A DNA stretch of 64,000 nt, from the IMG/VR virus record IMGVR_UViG_3300025875_000005, positions 1 to 64,000 of that record; one strand, 5' to 3'. This stretch comes from a virus. A program made the translations under genes and the position numbers. The notes under the pieces were generated by a model. The model was not told the DNA's origin. It saw nothing but the letters and a program-made list of their open reading frames with translations, and searched no databases. The first letter of the stretch is position 1, and each line of letters opens with the position of its first letter. Positions 36,275-47,000 of the stretch are shown here, one piece after another.

Positions 36275-39200
36275 TTAGGTGCGGGGCTTCAGATTGTGGG
36301 ACAGGATGCCCTTGTTCATATAGGTATGGGCACCAGGGACAGTGATTTTCATCACAGGGCCTCTGTCCAAGGGAGCGACTCGGAGCACCGTACCGGGGGT
36401 GAGACCAGCAAGGCTGTCTCCCGCGCGAAGGTCTTCCATCTTGGACCACCCGCCATGGGCAACCAGGAACAGGTGATTCTTGGCCGCCGTGATGACCCGA
36501 CCATCCGTGAGCAACAGGCGTGACCGGTCGTTCTCATGGAGGCCTGAATAGGTCACGGTATGGGCACCCTTCTCCCCCGTGGTCTCGTGCATGGTGTAGA
36601 CCTTCATGCCTTTGCGCACGTCTCCAGCTGCGATCTCTTCTCCATTGGAGAGAAGGATGGGCTCCCAGGGAGCAAGGCAGATGCCCGGGTCACCTGACCC
36701 GCCACCCGTTGAACCACCCGGGACGCCACCAAATCGTCCGGCGTTACCCTGGGGGAAGTCAACGTAGTGACCGCTGGTGCAAAGGAACCACTTGGTGTCG
36801 CTGACCCCGTAAACGTTCATGACGTTCACGCGCATGTCCCAGAACTGGGCGCTGCCCCCTGCAAAGGCAGAGCGCACCTGCAATCCAAGGTACGTGTATT
36901 GGAAGGTGTGGTTGGTGACGTTCCAGCCAAAGCCTTCCGGCTCAAAGTACGTCCGATCATTCAACGGAAGAAAGTAATCGTACTGGGCGATGTACTGGCT
37001 TGTGGCTCCGTTACCCAGGTAGAGCACGATATGGGCATGGCGTAGCCCGTCCAAGTTGTCATTCAACTGGACAGGAACGACGTTGAGCCTCCAAGTGCAG
37101 ACGCTCATGGAAGGAGCGCTGCTCAGGAACTGAGCCGTGGATTGAATCCTGATTTGGGCAAGGTTGGGGGCCCCGCCTCGAATCCCAGGATCGTTGTTCC
37201 CCCGGTAGAAGACTCGGTTGCTTGCCCCGGGCCCGCCGAGTGCCTGGATGACCCGAAACCAGGGGTCCGTCATGATGAAGCTGCCAACCTGGAGATTGCT
37301 GGAGGCAACCTTCAAGGAAGTCCCTTGATGGTCAAGCTTGGCCCCTGCCATGGGGTTTCCAAAGCCATCCTCGTAATAGTTGGTCGTCTGAAGGGTGTTG
37401 GCCGCCAGAAGGTCAAAGGTGACCATCTTCCTCAGCTGCATCGCATCCAGCCAGACGTAGAGGCCAGCGTTGCTGCTCTGGTTGGTTGCCCGGAACGACA
37501 CCCGCACGAACACCGCGCTTCCGGGAGCCGTGGGCTTGAGGGTTCTCTCTGCGTAACCGGTACCGCTGGTCACAGCTACTGAGGGCTCGGTAAGGAGAGC
37601 CTTGTCTTTGTCGTAGAAGGAAACCACGAAGTAATTCGTGTAGTTCATCCCAGAACTGGACTTGGACCACCCTGCGAAGAAGTATTGCTGCCCCGGAACC
37701 GTCTCAATGTAGTCCGTGAGGGGGACATCGATGATGGAACCCGTGAGGCCAGAGACCGGGACCCTTCGGCACCAGTTGCCCTCCTTGGAGTTGGTGGGAT
37801 CGTTGCTCAGGTACGCACCCTCAGGGAGGGTCCCGAGAGCAGACTGACCCGCCTCGCAGTAGCCATTGGGGATGAGGTTCTCAGCGGGGGGTACCAGGAA
37901 CCTGGAAGTGCTGAGGCTTTTCTCTCGCACGTCTGCGTTACCAACAGTGTCCGTGCCCTTCTGGAAGTTGTTCTTGCTGGCGAACCGGGTCGTGATCTTC
38001 GCGATGCCCGACTCACAGCGAACCTTTGCAACGATGCAATCGTTGACGTTGGACGTGAAGGGCTGGTCAAACGGGAAGTTGACTCCGTTGGAGTAGTACC
38101 AGCCTCCAGACCGGAACTGGACTGCCACGAAATACTTGTAGGCAATGGAGGGGAGTCCGGAGAATCGACCCGAGGAACTGCCCACGAACATGATGTAGCA
38201 CTCGGAACCATTGAGGTCCGAGGTGTTGAAGGGCGTCCGGGTCATCACGCCACTGGGGCTGATGTAGCTCGTACCAGCGGGGGTGACGAAGGTACCAGAG
38301 CCCCAGCTGAGGTCTTGTCCGGCAGTCTCCGTGAGGTCGTTGGGCCAGTTACCACCCTGAGCCACGTTGGTCAGGAGCGCCTTGTCCTCTTCAGCCGCGA
38401 AGTTGAGGAAGGCGTTGGTGTTGTCCACGTACCAGCTGCCCGTAGAGTAGTCGCCTACCTCAAGGAAGATCTGGCAGAAGAGCGCATTGGCGGGAGCGAC
38501 CATGGACCCGTAGGAAGGCTCGTAGCCGCTCCCTGGGAAGACCTTGTTGCCGTAAGAGGAGGAGATTACCCCCCCGGTGCTGTTGAGCCACCTGATGCCC
38601 ATGCGGGCGTAGCCATTGCCACTGGTCGCTCGAAGGTACCCACGGATGGTGACTGCCTGCCCCATGGCCACAGGGGTGACAGCTGAGTTGACCAGCACAT
38701 CCAGGGCAGGGCCGCCGCTCTTGCGAGCTACCCACTCCCCAGACATGGCATTGTCATCCTTGATGATGGTCCAGCCCGTGGTGGAGGGCTTGATCCACTT
38801 GGTGTCCCCCGCCTCGAACTTCGGATTGCTGATGGGGGTAGCGGTCACCTCGGTCGAGACATCCGCACCATCGGCCACAGCCTTGGCTTTGACCCATCCG
38901 ATTCCGGTGTTGGTCGTGGCGCTTACCCAGGCAGAGACTCCACCCCGGTAGTTCACTGCCCGGACTCGGTACCAGTAGACTCGACCATCCGTCACAGCGT
39001 CGTGGTGGGAGGTTCCCTTGGTTCTGCCGATAGGAGCATAAGCCCCAGGGGTCGTACCAGTTGCAGAGGTCGCATTGGAGTTGGGAGCCCGCTCAACCTC
39101 GAACTCCACCCCGGAAGGGATGGCTTCTGTGATGGTCCAGGAGATATCCACCCCATCAGCCACTCCCAGGATGCGGGGTTGGTCGGGGGTGATGAGAACA

Positions 39201-39415
39201 ATGGCTGCCCCATTGAGAGTGTAGACCTGGGAAGCCCAGACCGAACTCATACCCGTAGTCGTCACACTTCGGGCTTCAACGATGTACTGCTGCCCAGCGA
39301 CAACTCCCTTCTTCAGAGAAAGGGAAGACGCATTGGGAGCCACTCGCACGTACTCCCAAGCACCACCATTTCCTGAGAGACGGTATCGGATTTCGATGTA
39401 GGCAATCGCAGACAT
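36275..39415 (-). CDS. tail fibre/tip protein: FnIII plus CBM-like domains plus C-terminal Hint domain
   Basis: YWYRVRAVN FnIII; NPKFE and NLIPNG jelly-roll starts; CL...H.F...SHN Hint motifs. Confidence 0.8.
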   Translation of the reverse strand: MSAIAYIEIRYRLSGNGGAWEYVRVAPNASSLSLKKGVVAGQQYIVEARSVTTTGMSSVWASQVYTLNGAAIVLITPDQPRILGVADGVDISWTITEAIPSGVEFEVERAPNSNATSATGTTPGAYAPIGRTKGTSHHDAVTDGRVYWYRVRAVNYRGGVSAWVSATTNTGIGWVKAKAVADGADVSTEVTATPISNPKFEAGDTKWIKPSTTGWTIIKDDNAMSGEWVARKSGGPALDVLVNSAVTPVAMGQAVTIRGYLRATSGNGYARMGIRWLNSTGGVISSSYGNKVFPGSGYEPSYGSMVAPANALFCQIFLEVGDYSTGSWYVDNTNAFLNFAAEEDKALLTNVAQGGNWPNDLTETAGQDLSWGSGTFVTPAGTSYISPSGVMTRTPFNTSDLNGSECYIMFVGSSSGRFSGLPSIAYKYFVAVQFRSGGWYYSNGVNFPFDQPFTSNVNDCIVAKVRCESGIAKITTRFASKNNFQKGTDTVGNADVREKSLSTSRFLVPPAENLIPNGYCEAGQSALGTLPEGAYLSNDPTNSKEGNWCRRVPVSGLTGSIIDVPLTDYIETVPGQQYFFAGWSKSSSGMNYTNYFVVSFYDKDKALLTEPSVAVTSGTGYAERTLKPTAPGSAVFVRVSFRATNQSSNAGLYVWLDAMQLRKMVTFDLLAANTLQTTNYYEDGFGNPMAGAKLDHQGTSLKVASSNLQVGSFIMTDPWFRVIQALGGPGASNRVFYRGNNDPGIRGGAPNLAQIRIQSTAQFLSSAPSMSVCTWRLNVVPVQLNDNLDGLRHAHIVLYLGNGATSQYIAQYDYFLPLNDRTYFEPEGFGWNVTNHTFQYTYLGLQVRSAFAGGSAQFWDMRVNVMNVYGVSDTKWFLCTSGHYVDFPQGNAGRFGGVPGGSTGGGSGDPGICLAPWEPILLSNGEEIAAGDVRKGMKVYTMHETTGEKGAHTVTYSGLHENDRSRLLLTDGRVITAAKNHLFLVAHGGWSKMEDLRAGDSLAGLTPGTVLRVAPLDRGPVMKITVPGAHTYMNKGILSHNLKPRT

Positions 39416-39425
39416 CCACTACTCC

Positions 39426-42400
39426 TTAGGGCATCATATCTCTGCCGGTTTTACGATCCGCGATGATTCGGGTGCGTTCCTGGAACGTGATTGGGATGCG
39501 CGGAGAACTCGTTCCCCCGTCATCCACCTCATCCGGGACTTCCGTCCGCAAGCCTATCACGAGCATCGGGGGTTCAGGAGGGGTCTCCCATATCTTCCCG
39601 GTAATCTCGCTCACAAAGGGAGGGATGGGGCCCGAGTCAGCATCATGCACAGCGGGCGCTGCATCCACTGCCGTGATGGTGGCAGTCATATCCGAGCCCG
39701 GGGCAATCTTCGTGATGATGAGGCTGACGGACTCTTGACCCGCCTCTCCGAACATCACAAGGTCGTTAATCTCCGTGTCGATGGGCGCGGAGAGGCTCCA
39801 GGTGTACTGGTCAGGGATCGGCTCCACTTCTTGGGAGAGGTTCTTAAGCTCTGCAAGTGAGGCCTGCTCGGGGTAGTAGTAGACGCCCTTAATCCACCCG
39901 GAGAAGTTGCGATTGCTGAACTTGGAGCCACCGATGGTGAGGTCTCCCCAGGCTGCCCGCTGGTAGGTCGCTGACCCCGAGACCACCCCATTGATAGCCA
40001 GTGCCATGGTCGTAGCCCCGAAGCCGATGGCCGCCTTGTAGGGCTTGTAAAGCTGGAGGGCACCCAGGTTGGGTTTGCAATCAGTTGCGCTCCTACCGCT
40101 GAGGGCGTAGCCGTTCACTCCGTCATCGGTCACCTTCAACTCCAGGGACCAATCCTCTGTAGGGCTGCTCAAGGTAAGGACTGGCTTCTCTGCTGCGAAG
40201 CCTGCCGGTACCCAGTCAACCAGGATGGTGCCCTCAGAGAAGTCTTGCCCGGAAGCGGTCTCAGAGAAGGAGAAGAGATCCGTGGGGCGGGTGACATGGG
40301 CAATCGTGGTGTTGATGAGAGAGGTCATGAACTGACCGTTCTCCAGCTGCACACCCCAGAGCCCAAAGGAGAAGTCCGTGGTGAAGGTTTCAGGGAACTC
40401 TCCCTGCCAGTTGCCACTTCCCGAGGCGAAGTTAGGACCCTGCTGCATACCGATGGCCATCAGGGTAGGCGCTGTCTCGGTGTTGAAAGAGATTCGAATG
40501 CGGTACCACCCAAGGCCCGCTTCCTCGAAGGCCCCGTCCAGGAAGGTCATTCCGTTACCCGTCACCTTACTGGTGATGGTCTGGGCGTACATATCGATGA
40601 CGGTCGCGAAGTAACTCGAACCGGTACTGATCTCAGCGTTGAAGTATCGGCCCTTCCGATTCTTCAGGTAGAAGCTCAAGGTCTTGTTGCCCGTACCCAC
40701 GCCGGTCAACTCATTCACACACTGGAAGCTGCCCATGGCGATAGGGTCAGGGGCAACCAGAGTCCCCGTCTTCATGTGGTCGGGGGCATCCAGGGTGAGG
40801 TCCAGCATGTCCACGTCCTGTGCAGACCATGCGGTATCGATAGGATTCGACCACCGGACGAAGTTGGTGGCAGAGGGCTCCATGAGGAGACCCAGGAACC
40901 GCCCATCCATGGAGTAGTCGTACCGGGGTTCGTGGGGAGCCGCGAGCTTCAGCTGGCCATGGGTATCCCGGTAGTAAGCGTAGGCATTGCGGGAGAACGT
41001 GCCCCCAGACCGGCTGATGAAATTCTTGGACTGGATGGGGACCACCGTGCTCGTACCATTGGAGCGTCGGATACGGGCGTTCTTCGGGGCCAGCGAGAGG
41101 ATGTCGATTTCCTCATCCACCTTCAGGACAGGAGGGGTTGCAGAGGTCGTGTCATGGGTGATGCGCCCATAGCCACTGCCCCACCTGGGAACGTCGTGAG
41201 CGACCTTCACGAGGTCTCCACGCTGGCAGACCAGATGCTCCATATCCGTCTTCCAGACGTACTCATTCTGGCGAAGGCGAGCATTGGCCATGTGGTAGCG
41301 GGCGAGCCTCCAAGCAGCATGGGGATGGGTGACGCCGCGTAACTCCAGGGTCTCCAGCTTCGTGGCCGTGGCCACCGTGTAGCCGTCATCCGCCACGAGC
41401 ATCTCGTCCTGCTGCCAGTTAGCATCCGGGTTGATGAACCGGACTCGGAGACCATGGATGGTGTCTGCGAAGCCTCGGGACCCGCCAAAATCCCAGCTGT
41501 TTCGGGGGGTGAAGTGCTGTACCGGCACGGTTTGCGGCTTGTCCTGAACGACGCTGTAGAGCCCATCCTTGACCGCGAAGGTGGCTCGGCCTGCCGCACA
41601 GATATCTGCAATCAGTTGCGCTAGCGTGGTCTCCCCATCTACTACCGTGCTGTAGCCAAAACCCTTGGCCGTACAGAAGTTTGCCCAGTTGAGAATGGCG
41701 TCGAAATCAATGCGATTCGGCTCCAAGAGCCGAGCATTGGCAGGGCACTCCGTCAGGAGCCAGTAGAGAATCCATGCGGGATTGGTGCTGGCCTGACGAA
41801 TGAAAGTAGTGCCATTCCAGACCGGGATGATCTGCTTGAGACGGCAGCTGAACTGTCCCAGGCTCCCGTTGACCTGCTCGGAAGCCCTCACCTTCATGGC
41901 GAACTTGGTCGTGGAAGTGAGGCTGGGCTTTGAACGCTTGAAGTAGCGTGCGCTCACAAGGATGAGGTCATCTACGCGAGCGCCCTGCAAGCTATCGACG
42001 TTGAAGATACCCCCACGATTGATAACCCTCACCTCGTAGATACCGGGGGTAGGGAAATTCCAGTTGATAGCTGACCGACGAGCCCCACGATTCTTGCTGA
42101 TCGTGTTCATCTGGTTGAAAGAGGTCCACTGGACCGTCACATCCCCAGTGAGATTGGCGTAAGCCGTCATCTCCAACCGTGGATTGAGCCACGCGGAATC
42201 CCCTACTCTCCGGTAGTGGATTTCGAGAATGTTGCCGGTCTCAATCATTTTATTGTCTGAAGTAAGAGCGAACAAACCGCTTGGCCAGGAGAACTCCAGG
42301 GCCAGACCGCTTGTATCAATAGCGGTCGTGATAATCGTTGTAGTCAGGATTCTGACGAGAGCGTTATCCGGCTGGGCAGGGTTTTGCGTGGGAGTGATAT

Positions 42401-43229
42401 CAATATTCAGACCTACCTCTTCCACGTCATTCGTGTAGAGGTAGGTGTTTCCAGCGCTGATTTCGTAGTCCAGACCATCAATGGAAGAGAGATCCATCTC
42501 TCCGATACGCATCTCGGAAACCTGAAGGTCTCCGTATCCAAGGTCGTAGAGGCAGCGAATGAACTGGTTTGACCCGCTCGATTCGGAGTAGAAGTTAGCT
42601 GCCAGGGTGGGAAAGAGGACGAAATCCCCAATCACGCAAGGAATGGAGCCGTAGAGGTTTGCTCGATTGCCGCCACCCGTGACCGCATAGATGCGAGCCA
42701 TCTCCCCAGGCATACCGTCCCCATTGCCCTTGGGCATGGTCGGCTTGATGAAGGCCTTGATGGCGAGGTTACCGACCACGCTGATGGCGGTACCTGCCAG
42801 GGCTCCCAGGATGGGGTACCCAGCTGCTGCAAGACCACCTGACGCTACAGTCGCTGCAACCATCACGACAATCGTGAGGATGAGCGTCATGTTCTTGGCT
42901 GCCCGCTCACTCTTGCCGGGGTAGCCTGACACCTCAATGGTCGTACCGGCCTTGGGGCGGACGTAGGCCCACATATTGGCTGGAACCGTGACCCCATTCA
43001 CCCGCACGTCAATGCGGAGGGGGTCCAAGTCTCCAAGGATCTCGGAGAGGGTCCCACCTTCTGAGATTGCGGAGGAGAAGATGGTGTCAGGCTTGAGGAC
43101 GTGGGGCCTGCCCCGGAGGAAGATGGCCTTGTCAGGGATGACAACCTCTGCACTCAGTTGCAGAGATTCAGAGGAGGGATCTGTGTCGATAGATGCCCTC
43201 GACTCTTCGTTTCCATTTCGGTCGGTCAT
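39426..43229 (-). CDS. central tail tip / host-specificity protein (lambda gpI+gpJ-like) with lectin-like insertion
   Basis: N-terminal ubiquitin-like gpI-like region, NRA.LYGSIP, TNPAWI, FTPRNSW.F, GDLVKVAHD. Confidence 0.85.
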   Translation of the reverse strand: MTDRNGNEESRASIDTDPSSESLQLSAEVVIPDKAIFLRGRPHVLKPDTIFSSAISEGGTLSEILGDLDPLRIDVRVNGVTVPANMWAYVRPKAGTTIEVSGYPGKSERAAKNMTLILTIVVMVAATVASGGLAAAGYPILGALAGTAISVVGNLAIKAFIKPTMPKGNGDGMPGEMARIYAVTGGGNRANLYGSIPCVIGDFVLFPTLAANFYSESSGSNQFIRCLYDLGYGDLQVSEMRIGEMDLSSIDGLDYEISAGNTYLYTNDVEEVGLNIDITPTQNPAQPDNALVRILTTTIITTAIDTSGLALEFSWPSGLFALTSDNKMIETGNILEIHYRRVGDSAWLNPRLEMTAYANLTGDVTVQWTSFNQMNTISKNRGARRSAINWNFPTPGIYEVRVINRGGIFNVDSLQGARVDDLILVSARYFKRSKPSLTSTTKFAMKVRASEQVNGSLGQFSCRLKQIIPVWNGTTFIRQASTNPAWILYWLLTECPANARLLEPNRIDFDAILNWANFCTAKGFGYSTVVDGETTLAQLIADICAAGRATFAVKDGLYSVVQDKPQTVPVQHFTPRNSWDFGGSRGFADTIHGLRVRFINPDANWQQDEMLVADDGYTVATATKLETLELRGVTHPHAAWRLARYHMANARLRQNEYVWKTDMEHLVCQRGDLVKVAHDVPRWGSGYGRITHDTTSATPPVLKVDEEIDILSLAPKNARIRRSNGTSTVVPIQSKNFISRSGGTFSRNAYAYYRDTHGQLKLAAPHEPRYDYSMDGRFLGLLMEPSATNFVRWSNPIDTAWSAQDVDMLDLTLDAPDHMKTGTLVAPDPIAMGSFQCVNELTGVGTGNKTLSFYLKNRKGRYFNAEISTGSSYFATVIDMYAQTITSKVTGNGMTFLDGAFEEAGLGWYRIRISFNTETAPTLMAIGMQQGPNFASGSGNWQGEFPETFTTDFSFGLWGVQLENGQFMTSLINTTIAHVTRPTDLFSFSETASGQDFSEGTILVDWVPAGFAAEKPVLTLSSPTEDWSLELKVTDDGVNGYALSGRSATDCKPNLGALQLYKPYKAAIGFGATTMALAINGVVSGSATYQRAAWGDLTIGGSKFSNRNFSGWIKGVYYYPEQASLAELKNLSQEVEPIPDQYTWSLSAPIDTEINDLVMFGEAGQESVSLIITKIAPGSDMTATITAVDAAPAVHDADSGPIPPFVSEITGKIWETPPEPPMLVIGLRTEVPDEVDDGGTSSPRIPITFQERTRIIADRKTGRDMMP

Positions 43230-43575
43230 AGCTCTCGATACAGCTTCCGGGGTTTGGTACACAATGGAGCATATACCCGGGGGCCACAACCATTCCACAG
43301 TGCATGGGCTTCCCGGCAATGGCGATGATGATGAGGTCTCCTGCCTGTGGAGAAGCTGTGGATAACCACGTGCCAGGGAGGCCCCCCTTGATTGCCTGGG
43401 GGACGCTCACTGTATCGTCCGTATCCGAGTAGTTGGACCCGAAGTCCGGGGTATCGATTCCATAGTGCTGCTTGAGGATGAACCTGACCAAGCCCCAGCA
43501 ATCTAGCCCCTCAAGATCCCGACCATGGTCCTTGAAGGGTAGGCCTACGTAACTCGCTACCCAGTCAGGAATCAT
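43168..43575 (-). CDS. NlpC/P60 tail-tip protein (gpK-like)
   Basis: YVGLPF..GR..GLDCWGL...HCG...MLH. Confidence 0.9.
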   Translation of the reverse strand: MIPDWVASYVGLPFKDHGRDLEGLDCWGLVRFILKQHYGIDTPDFGSNYSDTDDTVSVPQAIKGGLPGTWLSTASPQAGDLIIIAIAGKPMHCGMVVAPGYMLHCVPNPGSCIESYDRPKWKRRVEGIYRHRSLL

Positions 43576-44054
43576 GCTTTGAAGAGCCCGGGTGAGTTGG
43601 CAGGGGTGTACTTACCCTTGGGGAAGACCATGTTGAGGATGTCATCCTCGAAGCCCAACGTCGCCTGCACTGACTGGGCGTTATACATGGCGCTCAGCAT
43701 GTAGAACTCGAAGGGCCCTGCCTCCACCGTGTTGGGGGAAGAGGCAAGGACCACATCCATCACGATCTTCACCCGTCCTGTGAGGTTCCGGATGGCATCC
43801 GTGATGCTCCTGTCCACGTTGTCCACAGTGAGGTTGACCTGTGGAACCACGTCAGGAGCGTCCTCTGGAAGGCTTAGCTCGAAGAAGCTGGCCTTGAAGG
43901 TCCCCTCATGGCGTTCCACATCCCGGTTGTTCTGAACGACCAGGAGGGGCTCGTCAAAGGAGGGGTGCTCAAGGCGCAAGCACATGAGGAAAATCTCCTC
44001 AGTCTCTTGCGCAAACATTGCCCTGAACGCTGGAATCGAGAGGTTGCGACTCAT
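43572..44054 (-). CDS. DUF1833-like minor tail protein (gpL analogue)
   Basis: L.HPSF, FELSLP, LTVDNVDR, YTP..SPGLF. Confidence 0.8.
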   Translation of the reverse strand: MSRNLSIPAFRAMFAQETEEIFLMCLRLEHPSFDEPLLVVQNNRDVERHEGTFKASFFELSLPEDAPDVVPQVNLTVDNVDRSITDAIRNLTGRVKIVMDVVLASSPNTVEAGPFEFYMLSAMYNAQSVQATLGFEDDILNMVFPKGKYTPANSPGLFKA

Positions 44055-47000
44055 GCGGTCTCCAATTCAACGGTCACTGCCCACCATCCGTTGCCCTCAT
44101 AGCCCGCCAGATAGGTCATCTGGGGAGGGCCAGCGAACCGGTACTTGCACGGCAGACCCGTGCGAAGGTCAATCCACCGGAAGGGCATCACTTCCTGGAT
44201 GATATTCCAGTAGAAATGCTGGAAGATGTCCAGTTGGTCCTGCTTCAACTCCAGCTGGAAGGAGAGCTTCTCGTAGCGACCCGTGAAGCGCCGCCGCACC
44301 TTGCCAGGGCCCGTCTCCGTGGAAGACCGGATGGAGTTGTCAGCGGGGGCGTAGACCGGCTTGGAAGCCGCGTAGGGGGCAGGGAGTCCCGTAGGCCAGA
44401 AGGCGTACTGGATTTGGTAGAGCGGAGCCGTGGGGACAGTCGGGTCCGGGGGGTCAACCGGATCTTCAGGGTCAACAGGAGGCTCATCCGGAGGATCAAC
44501 CGGGTCACCACCACCTCCACCAGGAGTAACCGTGAAGACTCGGGGGTCGCTGTTGTAGACGTTGAAGTTGGAGTGAAAGACCGTCTGCTCAACGTTGATA
44601 TCCTGGGAGCGGTAGAAACCGAGCTTCCAGTACGCGATCCCATCCGTGTCCAGGTTGTTGTGGAAGCGCTTGGGAACGACGTTGACCCCGTTGACCCAAA
44701 GCTCCACGAAGCCCACTGCCATGTTCTGCGACCACTTGATGTGAAGGAGGTAGTGGTCCCAGAAACCAGGGCGGATGGTCTTGGTCCAGAACTTCGCCTG
44801 GGAGGGGTCAGCCGTCTTATCGTAGACCCCGTTCATCACAGAGAAGGCGATGGTGGAGCCGTTGACGATGAAGGAAATCATCGGCCCGCCATTCCCGAGG
44901 TCCAGCGTCTGGTGAGCTTGGCTGAAGACGTGCCACTTGCTGTGGGTCTGGTAGTCGGGAGCGAACTTCGTAGCCCAGCTAATCCAAACCTCGTCTCCCT
45001 CGTAGAACCACCCCTGACCCGTGCTGCCACCCAGAGCGCCACTGCTCTTCGCTACGACTTCAGCGCGCGTGCCTCCAGAGTGAAGATCGAATTGCTTGGG
45101 GCTCGCCTTGAGGCCTCGGGTTGCCTGAGCGTTGTAAAACTCGTTCTTCACCAGGACAAGACGGTCGTTCACTCCATCCGGGAGAATCTGGATGTTGGTA
45201 TCCGCGATCCCGTCACCATTGGCATCCACCCGAAGTTGGTCACCGAACTGGGCGTTCCACTGGGAGAAGTCCAGGGAGGAGAAGTCACCCTTCCAGCGGA
45301 GCTTCCCCGTGTGCTCAGCGGGGTAGACGATTCGGGTCTGCACATCCCGGCTGTCAGCCTTGGGGGTGACGCTGGTGATGCCGTTCACACCCGTGGGGGT
45401 GATGACGCAATTCCAGCTGTTCGCGTCCGGAAGGGCAGCCCGGAGGACGTTCGCCAGGGCAACCGTGTTAGCTCCATCCACGATGGAGCCCGCCCCCACT
45501 CCAGGCAGGGTCTGGGATGCTCCCGTGGGATTGGTCGCCACAATCGTGACAGTGCTGGGAGTGAGGTTCTTGGTGGGGAGTCCGCCCGTCTCAGAGGTCC
45601 CGAACATCCAGATAAAGGGACCCTGATTGACCATCATTGCCTTGGGGTACACGTCAGTGATTCGCGTGTCCGGGACAAGGAGGTAGCCCACGCCTACTGC
45701 ATCCGTTGCGGGGGTATTGACTTGGACGTACCCACCACCGAGGTCAACCACTGAGCACTGGGCTGTGACGTTCGTGCCCGCCGAGTCTCTGGCGTACCGG
45801 TACTCACTGGAGAAGGCGAGCTTGCCCACGTAGGGAGAACCATCCGCCTTGGTAAAGCGGACCACCTTGCTACCCGTGGGAAGGGTGGCAGGGGGTTCAA
45901 TCTCCGTCCCAGTCTCGCGAGGGTCGGAGTTATAGACGTTGAACCCTGCGTGGAAGACCGTCTGATTCACGTTGACGGACTGGTCACGGTAGAAGCCCAA
46001 CTTCCAGTAACAAGCCACATCCAGCATGGTCCGGCTCATCCGGAGGGGGACGACTTCCACCCCATTGACGATCAGATGAACGAAGCCAACTGCCGCGTTG
46101 TTGCTCCACTTGATGTGAAGGAGGAAATGGTTCCAGAAGCCCGGACGAATGGTCGTAGTCCAGAAACGAGCTTCCGAGCTTGAATTGATGCTGTCGTAGT
46201 AGTCCGGCATGACCACGAAACAGACCTTGTTCGTGTCATTGATGGTGAAGGCAATCGGAGGGCTGCCAGTGCCACCAATCTGGTGTGCCTGGGAGAAGAC
46301 GTGCCACTTAGAACTAAGCTCGAAGTCCGGTGAGAACTTGGTAGCCCAGCTGACCCAAACTTCATCTCCCTCGTAGAAGTAGGTGTCTCCCGGGGCGTTA
46401 TCCGGGTTGACCTTCTTGGCCGTCAACTCAGCGCGCGTGCCTCCGGAATGCACGTCCCCATACTTGGGATGGGCAAGGAGACCGTAGGGGGTCTGGTAGC
46501 TGTAGGTCTCGTGCTTGACCAGGAGAAGACGGTCATCGATGTTGTCCGGGAGGATGCTGGTGTCGGCACTACCATTGCCGAACTGCTTGCGTCCCCACTG
46601 GCTGAAGTCCTTGGTCCTGAAATCTCCTGACCAGGAGAGTTTCGTCTCAGCTGCCGGGGGGTAGATGATGCGTGCCCGAACATCCCGACTATCCGACTTG
46701 GGGAAGAGCTTGTTCGTCCCTACGGGCGTGACCTTCCATGCCCAGCTACTCCGGGTCGGAAGGGTAGCCCTTACCACCGTGAAGAGGTTGGTGGCAGAGG
46801 AGGAAGCCCCGTTCTTGATGCTGCCTGCCGGGGTAACGACAAAGGTGTTCTCTGCTCCCCCGAGGTCATTGCCCGTGATGGTGAGCATTGAGGGGGTGAT
46901 GGAAACGTTAGGGAGCCCGTTGTCGTTGGTGGAGCCGTAGATCCAGGAGAAGGGCCCGAAGCTCACCATCAATGCTTTGGGGGTGATGTCACTGATGCCC

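Noticed and set aside
36278-36679. Mobile splicing intein
   Set aside because: No homing endonuclease, +1 residue is Leu and the C-extein is only 5 aa; kept as a Hint autoprocessing domain.
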